Origin: Eledone cirrhosa
Taxonomy: Eukaryota
Assembly: GCA_964016885.1 (NCBI GenBank)
Contig: OZ024743.1
Location: 48,360,001-48,424,000 of the forward strand
Length of the DNA stretch: 64,000 nt
Direction of reading: 5' to 3'
Part shown: piece by piece, positions 1 to 17,697 of the stretch
Position numbering within the stretch: position 1 is the stretch's first letter
Layout of the letters: each line of letters begins with the position of its first letter
Made by a program: the position numbers and the translations under genes
Notes under the pieces: model-generated
The model's database searches: none
Told to the model about the DNA's origin: nothing
What the model saw: only the letters and a program-made list of their open reading frames with translations

Positions 1-1297
1 CAAATTAGAAGAGGACATTATCTTTCATGCCAGATAAACTTTACTTTTTACTAATGATAATATTTGGGTTAAAAAGTCAAACCCTGAAAACTCTTTCGAT
101 GTTGCAATGGGTTCTTATGACAGTGCGGATGTGTGCGACTTAGTAGGATTATTCCTTCTCCACACACTCAAAGAGAAATTTCCGTCCCATAATATCGGTT
201 TATACCGTGATGACGGATTAGCAGTTTCTCATACCACCAATGGCCATAATCTTGATAAATTCCGTAAAGATTTAATTAGTACCTTTGCTAACCTTAACCT
301 TAAAATTACTATAGATACGAACCTTACTAATGCTAACTTTCTTGATATTAATCTTGATCTACTTACTGCCTCTTTTAAACCCTATCATAAACCTAATGAA
401 AATCTTAGGTATATACACAAAGAGTCTTGCCATCCCCCTATAGTTTTTAATCTTATTCCTAACATTAGCCGTAGGATTTCTACTTTATCTTCGTCTATAG
501 ACATTTTTAATAAAGCCGCCCCTTATTATAATAAAGCCCTTAAGAACAGCGGTTTTACAGAAAATATTTCTTATTTACCTACTCCCCCCCCTAAAACTAA
601 CCATAATAACAGGAAAAGGAAGATTATTTGGTTCACACACCCCTTCTCTCTAAATGTCAAAACTAATGTAGGAAGGAAATTCCTTGAACTATTAGACAAA
701 CATTTTCCTCCTATTCATAGATATTATAAGATTTTTAATAGGAATGTAGTTAAGATCAGCTACTCTTGTTGTCCATCCATGAAATCCAAAATCACCAGTT
801 CAAACCGTACGAGGATAAATCCAGGATGCAGTTGCAGGAAGCCGGATGAATGCCCATTGCAGGGTAAATGTAACACAAAATCTGTCGTTTATGAGGCTAA
901 AATAACGCCAGTTATCAACAACCAGCCAGCCAGAAGCGAGCGATATGTCGGTATGACCCAGGACAGGTTTAAAACCAGATTTTACTCACATGTCGCTTCT
1001 TTTAAACACTCAGATAAACGAACATCAACGGCCCTCGCAAGTAAGGTATGGGATCTCAAGGATAGTAATATCCCGTACTCTATTGATTGGTCTATATTAG
1101 ACCATTCGAGGGAGTACCAAAGGGGCACAAAGAATTGTTCTTTGTGTACCACAGAAAAGTATAGGATTTTGCTAAACTTGAGAGACACTTCCGCTTGCCT
1201 TAACTCTAAGACTGAGATCTTCAGATGCTGTCCTCATCTGAAATCGCATCTGATCTGTAACTGGATTGACACTCCTACGATAAATCAACCGCCTTGA
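1..1297 (+). mobile_element. Penelope-like retroelement (probably Naiad clade): RT C-terminal half plus GIY-YIG endonuclease; 5' part lies outside the window
   Basis: ORF 107-1297 has RT motifs FDVAMGSYDSADVCDLVG, GLYRDDGL and NFLDI. These are followed by the Cys linker CSCRKPDECPLQGKC, a GIY-YIG domain (VVYEA...RYVGMT...FKTRF..H) and C-terminal CSLC/CCPH. The frame continues upstream (IIFHAR*TLLF) with a TAA at 35-37 where Lys is expected. The clade call comes from my recollection of family motifs. Confidence 0.88.
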
Positions 1298-1459
1298 ACT
1301 CCTTCTCTGCTCTTTACTTCTGCTACGGCTTTTATTTTGCTGCTTCTACCTTCTGTACTCTTGTATTTAAAAAAAATTTTTCTCCCTTACCTCCCCTTAT
1401 ATTTTTACCTCCTCTTAGCCCCCCCCCCCCCCATATATTCTTTTTGTTTTGCCCTTCAC

Positions 1460-2847
<1,388 letters not shown>

Positions 2848-2849
<2 letters not shown>

Positions 2850-3271
2850 AAGTTATATTTAAAATTGTTGGGTTACAACTAGTAAATATTTATAACTGAT
2901 ATAAAAGCACTCGACAAATACTTGGAGTATATTTACAATATTAAATAAATGGAAAACTATATTTATAAAACCATATTTATTTCATTATATATATTTCGGG
3001 GATATCATATTAACAATATGCTATGCCTTCATCAGACAAAATACAATATAAACAGTTTTATAGATAAATATATTCGACATACCGTAATAAACATCAACTT
3101 CATGAAGTTGATGTTTATTACGGTATGTCGAATATATTTATCTATAAAACTGTTTATATTGTATTTTGTCTGATGAAGGCATAGCATATTGTTAATATGA
3201 TATCCCCGAAATATATATAATGAAATAAATATGGTTTTATAAATATAGTTTTCCATTTATTTAATATTGTA
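2848..3271 (-). mobile_element. Extremely 5'-truncated PLE insertion: a pLTR plus an inverted copy, forming a perfect palindrome at 2934-3271
   Basis: ORFs 2949-3173(+) and 3032-3256(-) are identical. The symmetry centre is 3102/3103 (AACTTCA|TGAAGTT). Each arm carries a hammerhead core. The minus-strand copy has an extra 3' extension to ~2848. Confidence 0.75.
3161..3227 (+). ncRNA. Minimal type I hammerhead ribozyme (mirror copy at 2978-3044, minus strand)
   Basis: TATTTTGT-CTGATGA(3170-3176)-stem II with CATATT/gtt/AATATG-GAAA(3208-3211)-TATATA palindromic stem III-TA-ATGAAATA. Stem I pairs with G-U wobbles. Confidence 0.7.
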
Positions 3272-3331
3272 TATATATATATATGTATATATGTATGGAT
3301 ATGTACATGTGTATATATGTGTGTGTGTATG

Positions 3332-3418
<87 letters not shown>

Positions 3419-3506
3419 ATGAATATATGTATGTGTATATGTGTGTGTAGGTGTACGCTCTTTATATATATATGTATATATATATACATATGTATATATA
3501 TGTATG

Positions 3507-3544
<38 letters not shown>

Positions 3545-3743
3545 GTGTGTATGTGTATATGTGTATGCGTGCAAATTATATGTGTATATATGTGTGTGTG
3601 TGTAAGTATGCTTTTGTGTTTTTTTGTGTGTGTTTGCATGTGTAGTTTTATTTTATTTTATTTTTCCTTTCCTTCTCCCTTTTCCAGCCTCACTTTCATT
3701 GCATTTTTGTTTTTAGAATCCATATTCAATAAACAAACCAGGA

Positions 3744-3808
3744 TTTTTCATTCTGAGGATTGAAAGCAAAACCTTTTGCTTTTAAGAAACCACTGGTAAA
3801 TGGAATAA
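3744..3808 (+). ncRNA. Type I hammerhead ribozyme with intact core (second pLTR copy of PLE-1 family)
   Basis: TTTTTCATT-CTGAGGA(3753-3759)-TTGAAAGCAAAA cc TTTTGCTTTTAA-GAAA(3786-3789)-CCACTGG-TA-AATGGAA. All three stems pair. Confidence 0.8.
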
Positions 3809-3839
3809 TTGCCTTATGTTGTTTATTACATAATAATAA

Positions 3840-5616
<1,777 letters not shown>

Positions 5617-6310
5617 TTGTTATACTTTGGGAGGGTCATGTTGCCAATAAGAAACACACGCACCAGTTGCTTTCACTTCAATTTAATTTATTAAATATTT
5701 ATAAATTTACAAATTTATAAATTTCTGGTTGGTTGGTTGGTTCCACAACCAGATAGTTGTTTATATATATATATAGTCATAGTTCTTTCGTCACACACTC
5801 TGTGACCTCTTCAGTGACTGGGGATTTCGTTCTTCGTTTCTGTGTCTTTCCTTTCTTCTATCCTACGCCATTTTGTTTGTGTGTGGGTTGCGTGCTCAGT
5901 TTGCGCATGCGCCACATCCGGGTGTCTGTGTGTGTTTGTGTTCATTTTTCTATTTATCTATTTATATTTTTCTATTTGTTTGTTTATTTATTTATTTATT
6001 GTTGGTTGGTTGTTTGTTCTATGTGTGTGTGTGTTTTCATTTTGTCTTGTGTGTGTTTTCATTTTGTGTGTGTTTTCGATTGTAAGTTGTTTGTTCTATG
6101 TGTGTGTGTGTTTTCATTTTGTCCTTAATTGTAAGTTGTGATGTTGCTGTTCCACTCATATTTTCTATTTAATTTTGGTTTTAATTCTTTTATGCTTACT
6201 GCCTCTGTAATTTGCCTAAACATTGCGTCTTTCTTGTGTGTGGATTCTATTTTTATTTCTATGCTCTCTAATTTACCCCTGTGTTCTATCTTAGCATGTT
6301 GGTAGAGCAC
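5617..6310 (-). repeat. Inverted pLTR of PLE-2 (copy of 8531-9223)
   Basis: Reverse complement of 8531-9223. ORF pairs 5757-6128/8713-9084 and 5842-6141/8700-8999 are identical. I saw only one 1-nt indel. Confidence 0.95.
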
Positions 6311-9281
6311 TAGTACACATAAAGCAGCAGCCTGGAACTCTCCGTTTTATAACCCCTCCGATAAATCATTCGACCTACGACGAGTCCACGCCACGACTTT
6401 GCCATTTAACAAACGCACGCAGTTGCCGTCGCAGGTCGATGAACAAACAGAGGCACAATTTAGTATAGCTAAATCCGAACTTAGAAATATTATAGAACAG
6501 TATAGCAAGAAGCATAATAGAATAGAGGCCCAGCAACTGGGAGAAGAATCTGCAAATGGCTTGCGTAAGCTCATGCAGCGCTCGCGTAATGGAGAGATAG
6601 CATGCTTTCCAACAGACAAGTCTGGCAGAATGTCGGTTGACAGCCTGCCAAACTACATCCAGGCAATGCAACCCCACATCACTAACACAAGAGAGGTAAC
6701 ACCACAGGAGCATGAGGATAGAGAAAAAACCCTCAATGCCCATATGGTGATGTGGACAAATATAATGCAGCCCAACAAAAGGACTGCCAACAACTTCCAG
6801 GCCTGGAACAATGACGTGCCGGCGTTGTATGGGCTTCGTAAAGACCATAAAACGGGCTGGGACCCTGTCGCGGGACCACCAACACGGCCAGTCTGTGGGG
6901 CTAACATTGCTAGTAACTACAGACTGTCCTACTTCCTCTCCCTGATCATACGCCCCATCATTGAGATGTCCCCAGATGTGTGTGACAGCACGGAGGACAT
7001 CCTCAGCAGAATCGGCGCGGGTAACCGATCTGGGGACCTAACAAACTGCATAATAGGCAGTATGGATGTTGTGTCCCTGTATCCATCTATTGACGTGGAT
7101 TTTGCTGTAGAGAAATGCGTCGAAATGATCAGCGAGAGCAAGGTTGTGTTCCGTGGGATTGATACCAGTGAGCTGGGACTTCTACTTAAGCTTACCCATA
7201 GTAATAGTTACCTAGACACTTATGACCTTAGCAACCTGTGCCCTACAAGACCAGCAAGAGGCAGACCACCTACCATTACCTCAATGGCCAAGAAAACCAC
7301 ACAGATAGATGGAACGGGTGGACCAGAGCCATACGGACACCCGAAAACCACGATGAACTGAAGAAAATGATTGCACATGCGGTAGGGGACAGCATAAAAC
7401 TAACCCTTAAGGAACATATGTTCAAATTTAATGGTAAAACATATGCCCAAGAGGAAGGAGCAGCCATTGGTGTTAGCATTGCAGGCGACATAGCTAACTT
7501 ATTCATGGTATGGTGGGACAGTAGACTTAAACAAAAACTTAATGAACAATTAGAAGACAGCTTAACCCTGATAATGTACTCCCGCTACGTAGATGATATA
7601 AACATCGTAGTTAAGACACCCCCACTAAAGAACAGTCAGGAACTAGAGAAAAAACACAATGGAAAGCATCCAGCAAATAGCAAACTCCATCCACCAGAGC
7701 ATTAGAGTTACTATAGACTACACAAGTAGACACCCCAACCATCGATTACCTGTACTAGACACAGAGCTCTGGTTAGATACTATTAACAACCAAAAACAAA
7801 TCCTCCATTCCCATTATGCCAAACCCATGACTTCCAAACATCTGATCCACCGAAACTCGGCCATTTCGGACCATACCAAAATCAACATACTGATTGCGGA
7901 TTTGGTACGGGTGATGAGAAATGTGTCCCGCATGTGCAACCCCGAAGAACTAGAGAGACACATACAACACTTCATCCACCGTATGCAGTTCTCTGGCTAC
8001 AATCAGAGAGATAGAATCAGAGTGTATAAAGGAGCCAGAACAAATGGGAAAAAATGGTAAATAATGACATAAATGGGACCTGCCCCTTGTATAGGAGCAA
8101 ATTTTGGAATAGAATAGAAAGAACTAAGAACAAGGCCAATAGAATAAACTCATGGTATGATAGCAATAAATACCAGAGTGTAATGTTCATCAATACAACC
8201 CCTAGAGGCGAACTAGCCTACAAATTTAGAAGGGCCCTAAAGAAACATAATCTCAATATTAAGATAGTAGAAAGACCTGGTACCTCCGTAAAAACACTTA
8301 TTAGCAAGACATACCCGTTCCAAAGACCCTCATGTATAGATAAGAAATGTATAACCTGTAAAATAAGCCCCCATATTAACTGTAAAACTAGAAATGTAGT
8401 ATATAGCATAAGATGTACTGAAGGACAATGTAGAAACAAAAATGTAGTGTACATAGGTGAGACAGCTCGTAGTATAGGGGAACGAATAAATGAACACTGG
8501 CGAGACCTCCAAGATAGTAAAGAATCATCTGTGCTCTACCAACATGCTAAGATAGAACACAGGGGTAAATTAGAGAGCATAGAAATAAAAATAGAATCCA
8601 CACACAAGAAAGACGCAATGTTTAGGCAAATTACAGAGGCAGTAAGCATAAAAGAATTAAAACCAAAATTAAATAGAAAATATGAGTGGAACAGCAACAT
8701 CACAACTTACAATTAAGGACAAAATGAAAACACACACACACATAGAACAAACAACTTACAATCGAAAACACACACAAAATGAAAACACACACAAGACAAA
8801 ATGAAAACACACACACACATAGAACAAACAACCAACCAACAATAAATAAATAAATAAACAAACAAATAGAAAAATATAAATAGATAAATAGAAAAATGAA
8901 CACAAACACACACAGACACCCGGATGTGGCGCATGCGCAAACTGAGCACGCAACCCACACACAAACAAAATGGCGTAGGATAGAAGAAAGGAAAGACACA
9001 GAAACGAAGAACGAAATCCCCAGTCACTGAAGAGGTCACAGAGTGTGTGACGAAAGAACTATGACTATATATATATATAAACAACTATCTGGTTGTGGAA
9101 CCAACCAACCAACCAGAAATTTATAATTTGTAAATTTATAAATATTTAATAAATTAAATTGAAGTGAAAGCAACTGGTGCGTGTGTTTCTTATTGGCAAC
9201 ATGACCCTCCCAAAGTATAACAATATCGGTTTCAACACACGATTTCAGATAAAGAATCTTGCTAAACAAATTCAGAAACGA
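6311..9281 (+). mobile_element. Penelope-like retroelement PLE-2: 5'-truncated, RT plus C-terminal GIY-YIG, three frameshifts
   Basis: ORFs 6399-7361, 7238-7705, 7659-8060 and 8054-8716 give PTDKSGR, ALYGLRKDHK, PTRPV, SMDVVSLYPSI, GAAIGVSIAGDIANLFM, YSRYVDDI, LPVLD, a Cys-rich linker, and NVVYSIRC...YIGETARSIGERINEH. Confidence 0.93.
9022..9066 (+). ncRNA. Minimal type I hammerhead ribozyme in the PLE-2 pLTR (mirror copy at 5775-5819, minus strand)
   Basis: AGTCA-CTGAAGA(9027-9033)-G-GTCACA gagtg TGTGAC-GAAA(9052-9055)-GAAC-TA-TGACT. Stems I and II are perfect and stem III is vestigial. Confidence 0.85.
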
Positions 9282-10865
<1,584 letters not shown>

Positions 10866-11254
10866 TCGAGTACGGCCACTACTTTATATCCATGTAGGAG
10901 AACCCCTACCGATGCGCTGAACGAATGTGACTTTTAGTCCAGCCAGCGACTTGAAAACTTTGGTACAAACACTACACATGTGACAATTATTGACACATAG
11001 TGCTGTGCCCATGGTACCATGTGACGACAAGTGCAGAGAGATCTCCAGATATAAAGCAATGCCTGTGCCGTGAAGTTTTTATAGTGAGCAAAGGCACTGC
11101 ACAAAGCCAGTCCCACTCTCTTAACCAAGATGATATTTACCAAAAAAAAGAACAAGTCAACATCATTGGATATCATCAGGGTTGCAGGTGTTATATCAGA
11201 GTTTTCCTTCTCCTAGAATTCTGCCTTGACAAAGGCTAAGGGGTCATCTCTCCC
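10866..11254 (-). mobile_element. Partial copy of the bipartite RTE-derived non-autonomous element
   Basis: Reverse-complement match to ~11459-11849 with scattered substitutions. Confidence 0.8.
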
Positions 11255-11255
11255 C

Positions 11256-11868
11256 TTATGTCAGGTCACCAGTTGGTGCTACTGGTAACATGTATCCCAG
11301 TACAACCTGTCTCATGGTCGGGTCGTTGGCGACTAAACTGGCAACCCCACCAAGGTTTCTTGGTGAGGAGGGTGACTTTGGACATCCTGCAGGACTAAAA
11401 ACAAAACCTGTCAAAGGGCAAGGGAGCTCTTAAGACTCAATAGCCATCCAAAATCACCGGGAGAGATGACCCCTTAGCCTTTGTCAAGGCAGAATTCTAG
11501 GAGAAGGAAAACTCTGATATAACACCTGCAACCCTGATGGTATCCAATGATGTTGACTTGTTCTTCTTTTTGGTAAATATCATCTTGGTTAAGAGAGTGG
11601 GACTGGCTTTGTGCAGTGCCTTTGCTCACTATAAAAGCTTCACAGCACAGGCATTGCTTTATATCTGGAGATCTCTCTGCACTTGTCATCACATGGTATC
11701 ATGGGCCCTGCACTATGTGTCAATAATGGTCACAAGTGTAGTCTTTGTACCAGAGTTTTCAAGTCGCTGGCTGGACTAAAAAGTCACATTCGTTCAGCGC
11801 ATCGGTAGGGGTTCTCCTACATGGATATAAAGTAGTGGCCGTACTCGAAAACGAGTTGGCAGCCACCA
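11256..11868 (+). mobile_element. Bipartite non-autonomous RTE-type retroelement (5'UTR fused to ORF 3' end and 3'UTR)
   Basis: It has the RTE-type 5'UTR motif CTAGGAGAAGGAAAACTCTGA and a C2H2-like ORF terminus [23 protein letters not shown] (11737-11808). A 3' hairpin CTCG-AAAA-CGAG precedes the microsatellite. No APE or RT coding sequence. Confidence 0.7.
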
Positions 11869-12054
11869 TGTATATATATATATATATGTATGTATATATA
11901 TATATATATGTATATATATGTATATATATATATATGTATATATATATGTATGTATATATATATGTATGTATATATATATGTATGTATATATATATATATA
12001 TGTATGTATATATATATGTATGTATATATATATATATGTATATATATATGTATG

Positions 12055-12086
<32 letters not shown>

Positions 12087-12709
12087 TGTATATATATATA
12101 TATATATATGTATGTATATGTATGTATATATATATGGTATGTATGTATATATGTATGTATATGTATATATATATGTATGTATATATGTATGTATATGTAT
12201 GTATATGTATGTATGTATATGTATGTATATATATGTATGTATATGTATGTATATATATGTAATGTATATGTATGTATATATATGTATGTATATGTATGTA
12301 TATATATGTATGTATATGTATGTATGTATATATATGTATATGTATGTATATGTATGTATATATATATGTATATTGTATGTATATATATATATATATGTAT
12401 GTATATGTATGTATGTATGTATATATATATGTATGTATATGTATGTATGTATATATATATGTATGTATGTGTATGTATGTATGTATATATATATATATGT
12501 ATGTGTATGTATGTATGTATATGTATGTATGTATATGTATGTATGTATATATATATATATGTATGTATATGTATGTATGTATATATATATATATGTATGT
12601 ATATGTATGTATGTATATATATATATGTATGTATATGTATGTATGTATATATATATATATGTATGTATATGTATGTATGTATATATATATATATATATGT
12701 ATATGTATG

Positions 12710-12740
<31 letters not shown>

Positions 12741-13142
12741 GTATGTATATATATGTATATGTATGTATATATATATATATGTATGTATATATATATATAT
12801 GTATGTATATATATATATATGTATGTATATATATATATATGTATGTATATATATATATATGTATGTATATATATATATGTATGTATATATATATATGTAT
12901 GTATATATATATATATGTATGTATATATATATATATGTATGTATATATATATATATATGTATGTATATATATATATATGTATGTATATATATATATGTAT
13001 GTATATATATATGTATGTATATATATATATATATATGTATGTATATATATATATGTATGTATATATATATATATGTATGTATATGTATGTATGTATATGT
13101 ATGTATGTAATATATATGTATGTATATATATATATATGTATG

Positions 13143-13179
<37 letters not shown>

Positions 13180-13273
13180 GTATGTATATATATATATGTA
13201 TGTATATATATATATATGTATGTATATATATATATATGTATGTATGTATATATATATGTATGTTATATGTATG

Positions 13274-13325
<52 letters not shown>

Positions 13326-13326
13326 A
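11869..13326. repeat. (TA)n/(TATG)n array
   Basis: Directly visible. Confidence 0.95.
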
Positions 13327-15552
13327 ACATCGCCACACAAGACACTAACACACAATTTCAACACTTCATGACAACGTTACACACCATATGCAAAAAGTGT
13401 GTCCCGGAGAAAGAGGCAAACAGACACAAAAATCTTATTCCCAGAGATAGGAAAATCCTTATGAGACGTAGAAAACCAGTTGAATAGTCAACAAAACCAA
13501 AACAAGAAGGAATCCTATTTGAAACGTGCACTACTTGACACCGAGATTGCACTCAAGCTTTCACATGAGAATGAGAGGGCAAGGAAAGAGAACAGGGCCA
13601 TAGAAAACATTAAAACAAACCCTAAGGCCTTCTTTAAATTTGCAAAAGAAACTGCCTCAGTACACTGCAAGATTGGACCACTCTTCCACACGGACGGTTC
13701 ATTAACCGAAAATCCCCAAGAGATATGTGAAATACTGAACGAACAGTACAAAAGTGTCTTCACATGTCCACTGAGGCACATGCAAATAACGAAGCCAGAG
13801 GATTTCTTTGATGCCACAACACTACATCAAGAAATGGCAACCATCAACCACATAGACATAACGGAGGAGGATGTGGTGTACGCCATTGATGAAATTAGAA
13901 CAGACTCGGCTGCTGGACCTGATCGATTCCCAGCAGTTCTCCTAAAAATATGTAAGCGGGCCTTAGCAACTCCACTGAAGATGCTCTTCAGAAGCTCCTT
14001 GGCTAGCGGTGTACTACCCAGGGAGCTGAAAGAAGGCACAATATGCCCTATCCATAAAGGAGGTAGTAGAGCGGAGGCCAAGAACTATAGGCCAGTCTCC
14101 CTGACGTCGCATATCAGTAAGGTCATGGAGCGAGTCGTCAGAAAGAAACTAATCACTTTCCTCGAAGAAAATGACCGCCTGACTAGCACGCAACATGGCT
14201 TCCGCCCAGGAAGAAGCTGCCTTACACAGCTGCTACATCACTACGACTGGGTACTGAGACAACTACTAGACAGCTCACATGTAGACGTGATATATCTTGA
14301 CTTTGCGAAGGCCTTTGACAAGGTCGACCACGGAATGATATGTCACAAACTACACGGACTCGGCATAACTGGAAAAGTAGGTGAGTGGCTGCATGGCTTC
14401 CTAAGGACAGAAGCCAGGCAGTCGCAGCAAATGGGGCCCTCTCGAGGGAAACACCGATAACAAGTGGGGTGCCTCAGGGACAGTCCTGGGACCACTACTG
14501 TTTTTGGTGGCTCTCTCAGACATGCCCTCTGTGGTGCATGCAACAACATCCCTCACTAGCTATGCTGATGACACTAAGGTAGCACAGGCAATCAAAAACC
14601 CGGCTGACGCTGCCCTCTTACAGCAGGATCTGGATGCCATATACAGATGGGCGGAAGAAAACAACATGCAGTTTAATGCTGGCAAATTCCAAGCCCTACA
14701 ATACAAACCTGCAAACACAAACACAAATATAGCGGAACACAGCTACACAGGACCAGGAGGGACCGATATCCCCGTGTCAAAATCGATACGAGACCTGGGC
14801 ATAGACATGAGCGATGATGCATCTTTTTCTTCACACATCATGAAGGTGGCGACAGCATGTAGACGATTCGCTGGCTGGATCTTGAGACTTTCCTTACAAG
14901 AGATCGAGACACCATGTTGACACTGTGGAGGACTTTTGTCCTAAGCCGCCTGGACTACTGCTCCCAGCTGTGGTCACCCCATAGTGTCAAACTAACCACG
15001 GAGCTTGAGGCAATCCAGCGAAGCTACACCAAGAGGATTGCCAAGATGAGGTAGACAAGCTACTGGGAGAGGCTGAGGGAACTGAACCTCTACTCCTTGG
15101 AGCGAAGACGGGAGAGATACGCAGTGATCTACATGTGGAAAATCCTGGAGGGACTAGCACCAAACTTTGGCATTGGGAGCTGGACCAACCGTCGAACAGG
15201 ACATCACTGTGTGGTGCCAAAGGTCCCGTCTTCCACATCTAGAATAAGGAGCAGGTATTGCAATAGCCTGGGATTCAAGGGCCCTCAACTCTTCACAGGC
15301 TGCCGAGGCATCTGCGAGACTTGCATGACGTGGAGGTGGATGTCTTTAAGAAACATCTCGACACCTTGTTATCCAGGATCCCGGATGAGCCCACAGCAAG
15401 ACACGAGGGAAACCTAAGGGCAGCAGCAACAAACTCCCTCCTACACCAGTGGCCAACCTATACAGGCTGGAGATAAAAATGTGTAGCAACAAGGGCGGTG
15501 CCCCAGCATGGCCTCAGCCGATGGCTGAAACAGGTAAAAGAGTAAAAGAGTA
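13327..15552 (+). mobile_element. CR1-group LINE: 5'-truncated ORF2 (RT), several frameshifts, (GTAAAAGA)n tail
   Basis: Motifs SAAGPD, KNYRPVSLTSHISKVMER, QHGFRPGRSCLTQL, VDVIYLDFAKAFDKVDH, SGVPQG, SYADDTK, RDLGI and LERRRER. The 3' end is GGCTGAAACAGGTAAAAGAGTAAAAGAGTA. Confidence 0.9.
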
Positions 15553-15592
15553 TGTATGTATGTATATGTATGTATATGTATATGTATGTATG

Positions 15593-15633
<41 letters not shown>

Positions 15634-15855
15634 ATGTATGTATATATATATATATGTATATGTATGTATATATATATATATGTATATGTATGTATATATA
15701 TATATATGTATATGTATGTATATATATATATATGTATGTATATATATATATATGTATGTATATGTATGTATATATATATATATGTATGTTGTATGTATGT
15801 ATATATATATATATGTATGTATATGTATGTATATATATATATATGTATGTATATG

Positions 15856-15898
<43 letters not shown>

Positions 15899-16830
15899 AT
15901 GTATGTATATATATATATATATGTATGTATATGTATGTATATATATGTATATGTATGTATATATATATATATGTATGTATATGTATATATATAATGTATA
16001 TATGTATATATATATATGTATATGTATATATATATATATGTATGTATATGTATGTATATATATATATATGTATGTATATGTATGTATATATATATATATA
16101 TGTATGTATATGTATATGTATATATATATATATGTATGTATATGTATGTATATATATATATATGTATGTATATGTATGTATATATATATATATATGTATG
16201 TATATGTATGTATATATATATATATATGTATGTATATGTATGTATATATATATATATATGTATGTATATGTATGTATATATATATATATATGTATGTATA
16301 TGTATGTATATATATATATATATGTATGTATATGTATGTATGTATATATATATATATGTATGTATATGTATGTATATATATATATGTATATGTATGTATA
16401 TATATATGTATGTATGTATGTATATTATATATTATATATGTATGTATATGTATGTATATATATTATATATGTATATGTATGTATATATATATATATGTAT
16501 ATGTATGTATATATATATATATGTATGTATATGTATATATATATATATGTATGTATATATATATATATGTATGTATATATATATATATGTATGTATATGT
16601 ATATATATATATATGTATGTATATATATATATATGTATGTATATGTATATATATATATATATGTATGGTATATGTATGTATATATATATGTATGTATATG
16701 TATATATATATATATATATGTATGTATATGTATGTATATATATATATGTATGTATATGTATATATATATATATATATGTATGTATATGTATGTATATATG
16801 TATATGTATGTATGTATATATATATATGTA
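15553..16830. repeat. (TATG)n/(TA)n array with higher-order periodicity
   Basis: Recurrent unit TATGTATGTATATGTATG(TA)n. Confidence 0.93.
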
Positions 16831-17279
16831 TGTCAAAGGGCAAAGGAGCTCTTAAGAGTCAATGGCCATCCAAAATCACCGGGAGAGATGACCCCTTAGC
16901 CTTTGTCAAGGCAGAATTCTAGGAGAAGGAAACTCTGATATAACACCTGCAACCCTGATGTATCCAATGATGTTTGACTTGTTCTTCTTTTTGGTAAATA
17001 TCATCTTGGTTAAGAGAGTGGGACTGGCTTTGTGCAGTGCCTTTGCTCACTATAAAAGCTTCACGGCACAGGCATTGCTTTATATCTGGAGATCTCTCTG
17101 CACTTGTCGTCACATGGTACCATGGGCCCAGCACTATGTGTCAGTAATTGTCACAAGTGTAGTGTTTTGTACCAGAGTTTTCAAGTCGCTGGCTGGACTA
17201 AAAAGTCACACTCGTTCAGCGCATCGGTAGGGGTTCTCCTACATGGATATAAGTAGTGGCCGTACTCGAAAACGAGTTG
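16831..17279 (+). mobile_element. 5'-truncated copy of the bipartite RTE derivative
   Basis: Matches 11409-11858 and ends [20 protein letters not shown] ... CTCGAAAACGAG. Confidence 0.85.
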
Positions 17280-17664
17280 TATGTATATGTATGTATATGT
17301 ATGTATATATATATATGTATATGTATGTATATATATATGTATGTATATGTATGTATATATATATATGTATATGTATGTATATATATATATATGTGTATGT
17401 ATGTATATATATATATATGTATGTGTATGTATGTATATATATATTATATGTATGTATATGTATGTATATGTATGTATATATATGTATATGTATGTATATA
17501 TATATATATGTATGTATATGTATGTATATATATGTATATGTATGTATATATATATATATGTATGTATATGTATGTATATATATGTATATATGTATATGCA
17601 TAAATATATGTATATATATATATATATATATAAATATATATATATATGTATATGCATATATGTA

Positions 17665-17697
<33 letters not shown>

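Noticed and set aside
107-1297. Selenocysteine recoding, reported for some Naiad PLEs
   Set aside because: There is no internal in-frame TGA, and the conserved Cys codons are TGC/TGT. The upstream stop at 35-37 is TAA at a Lys position. I did not identify a SECIS.
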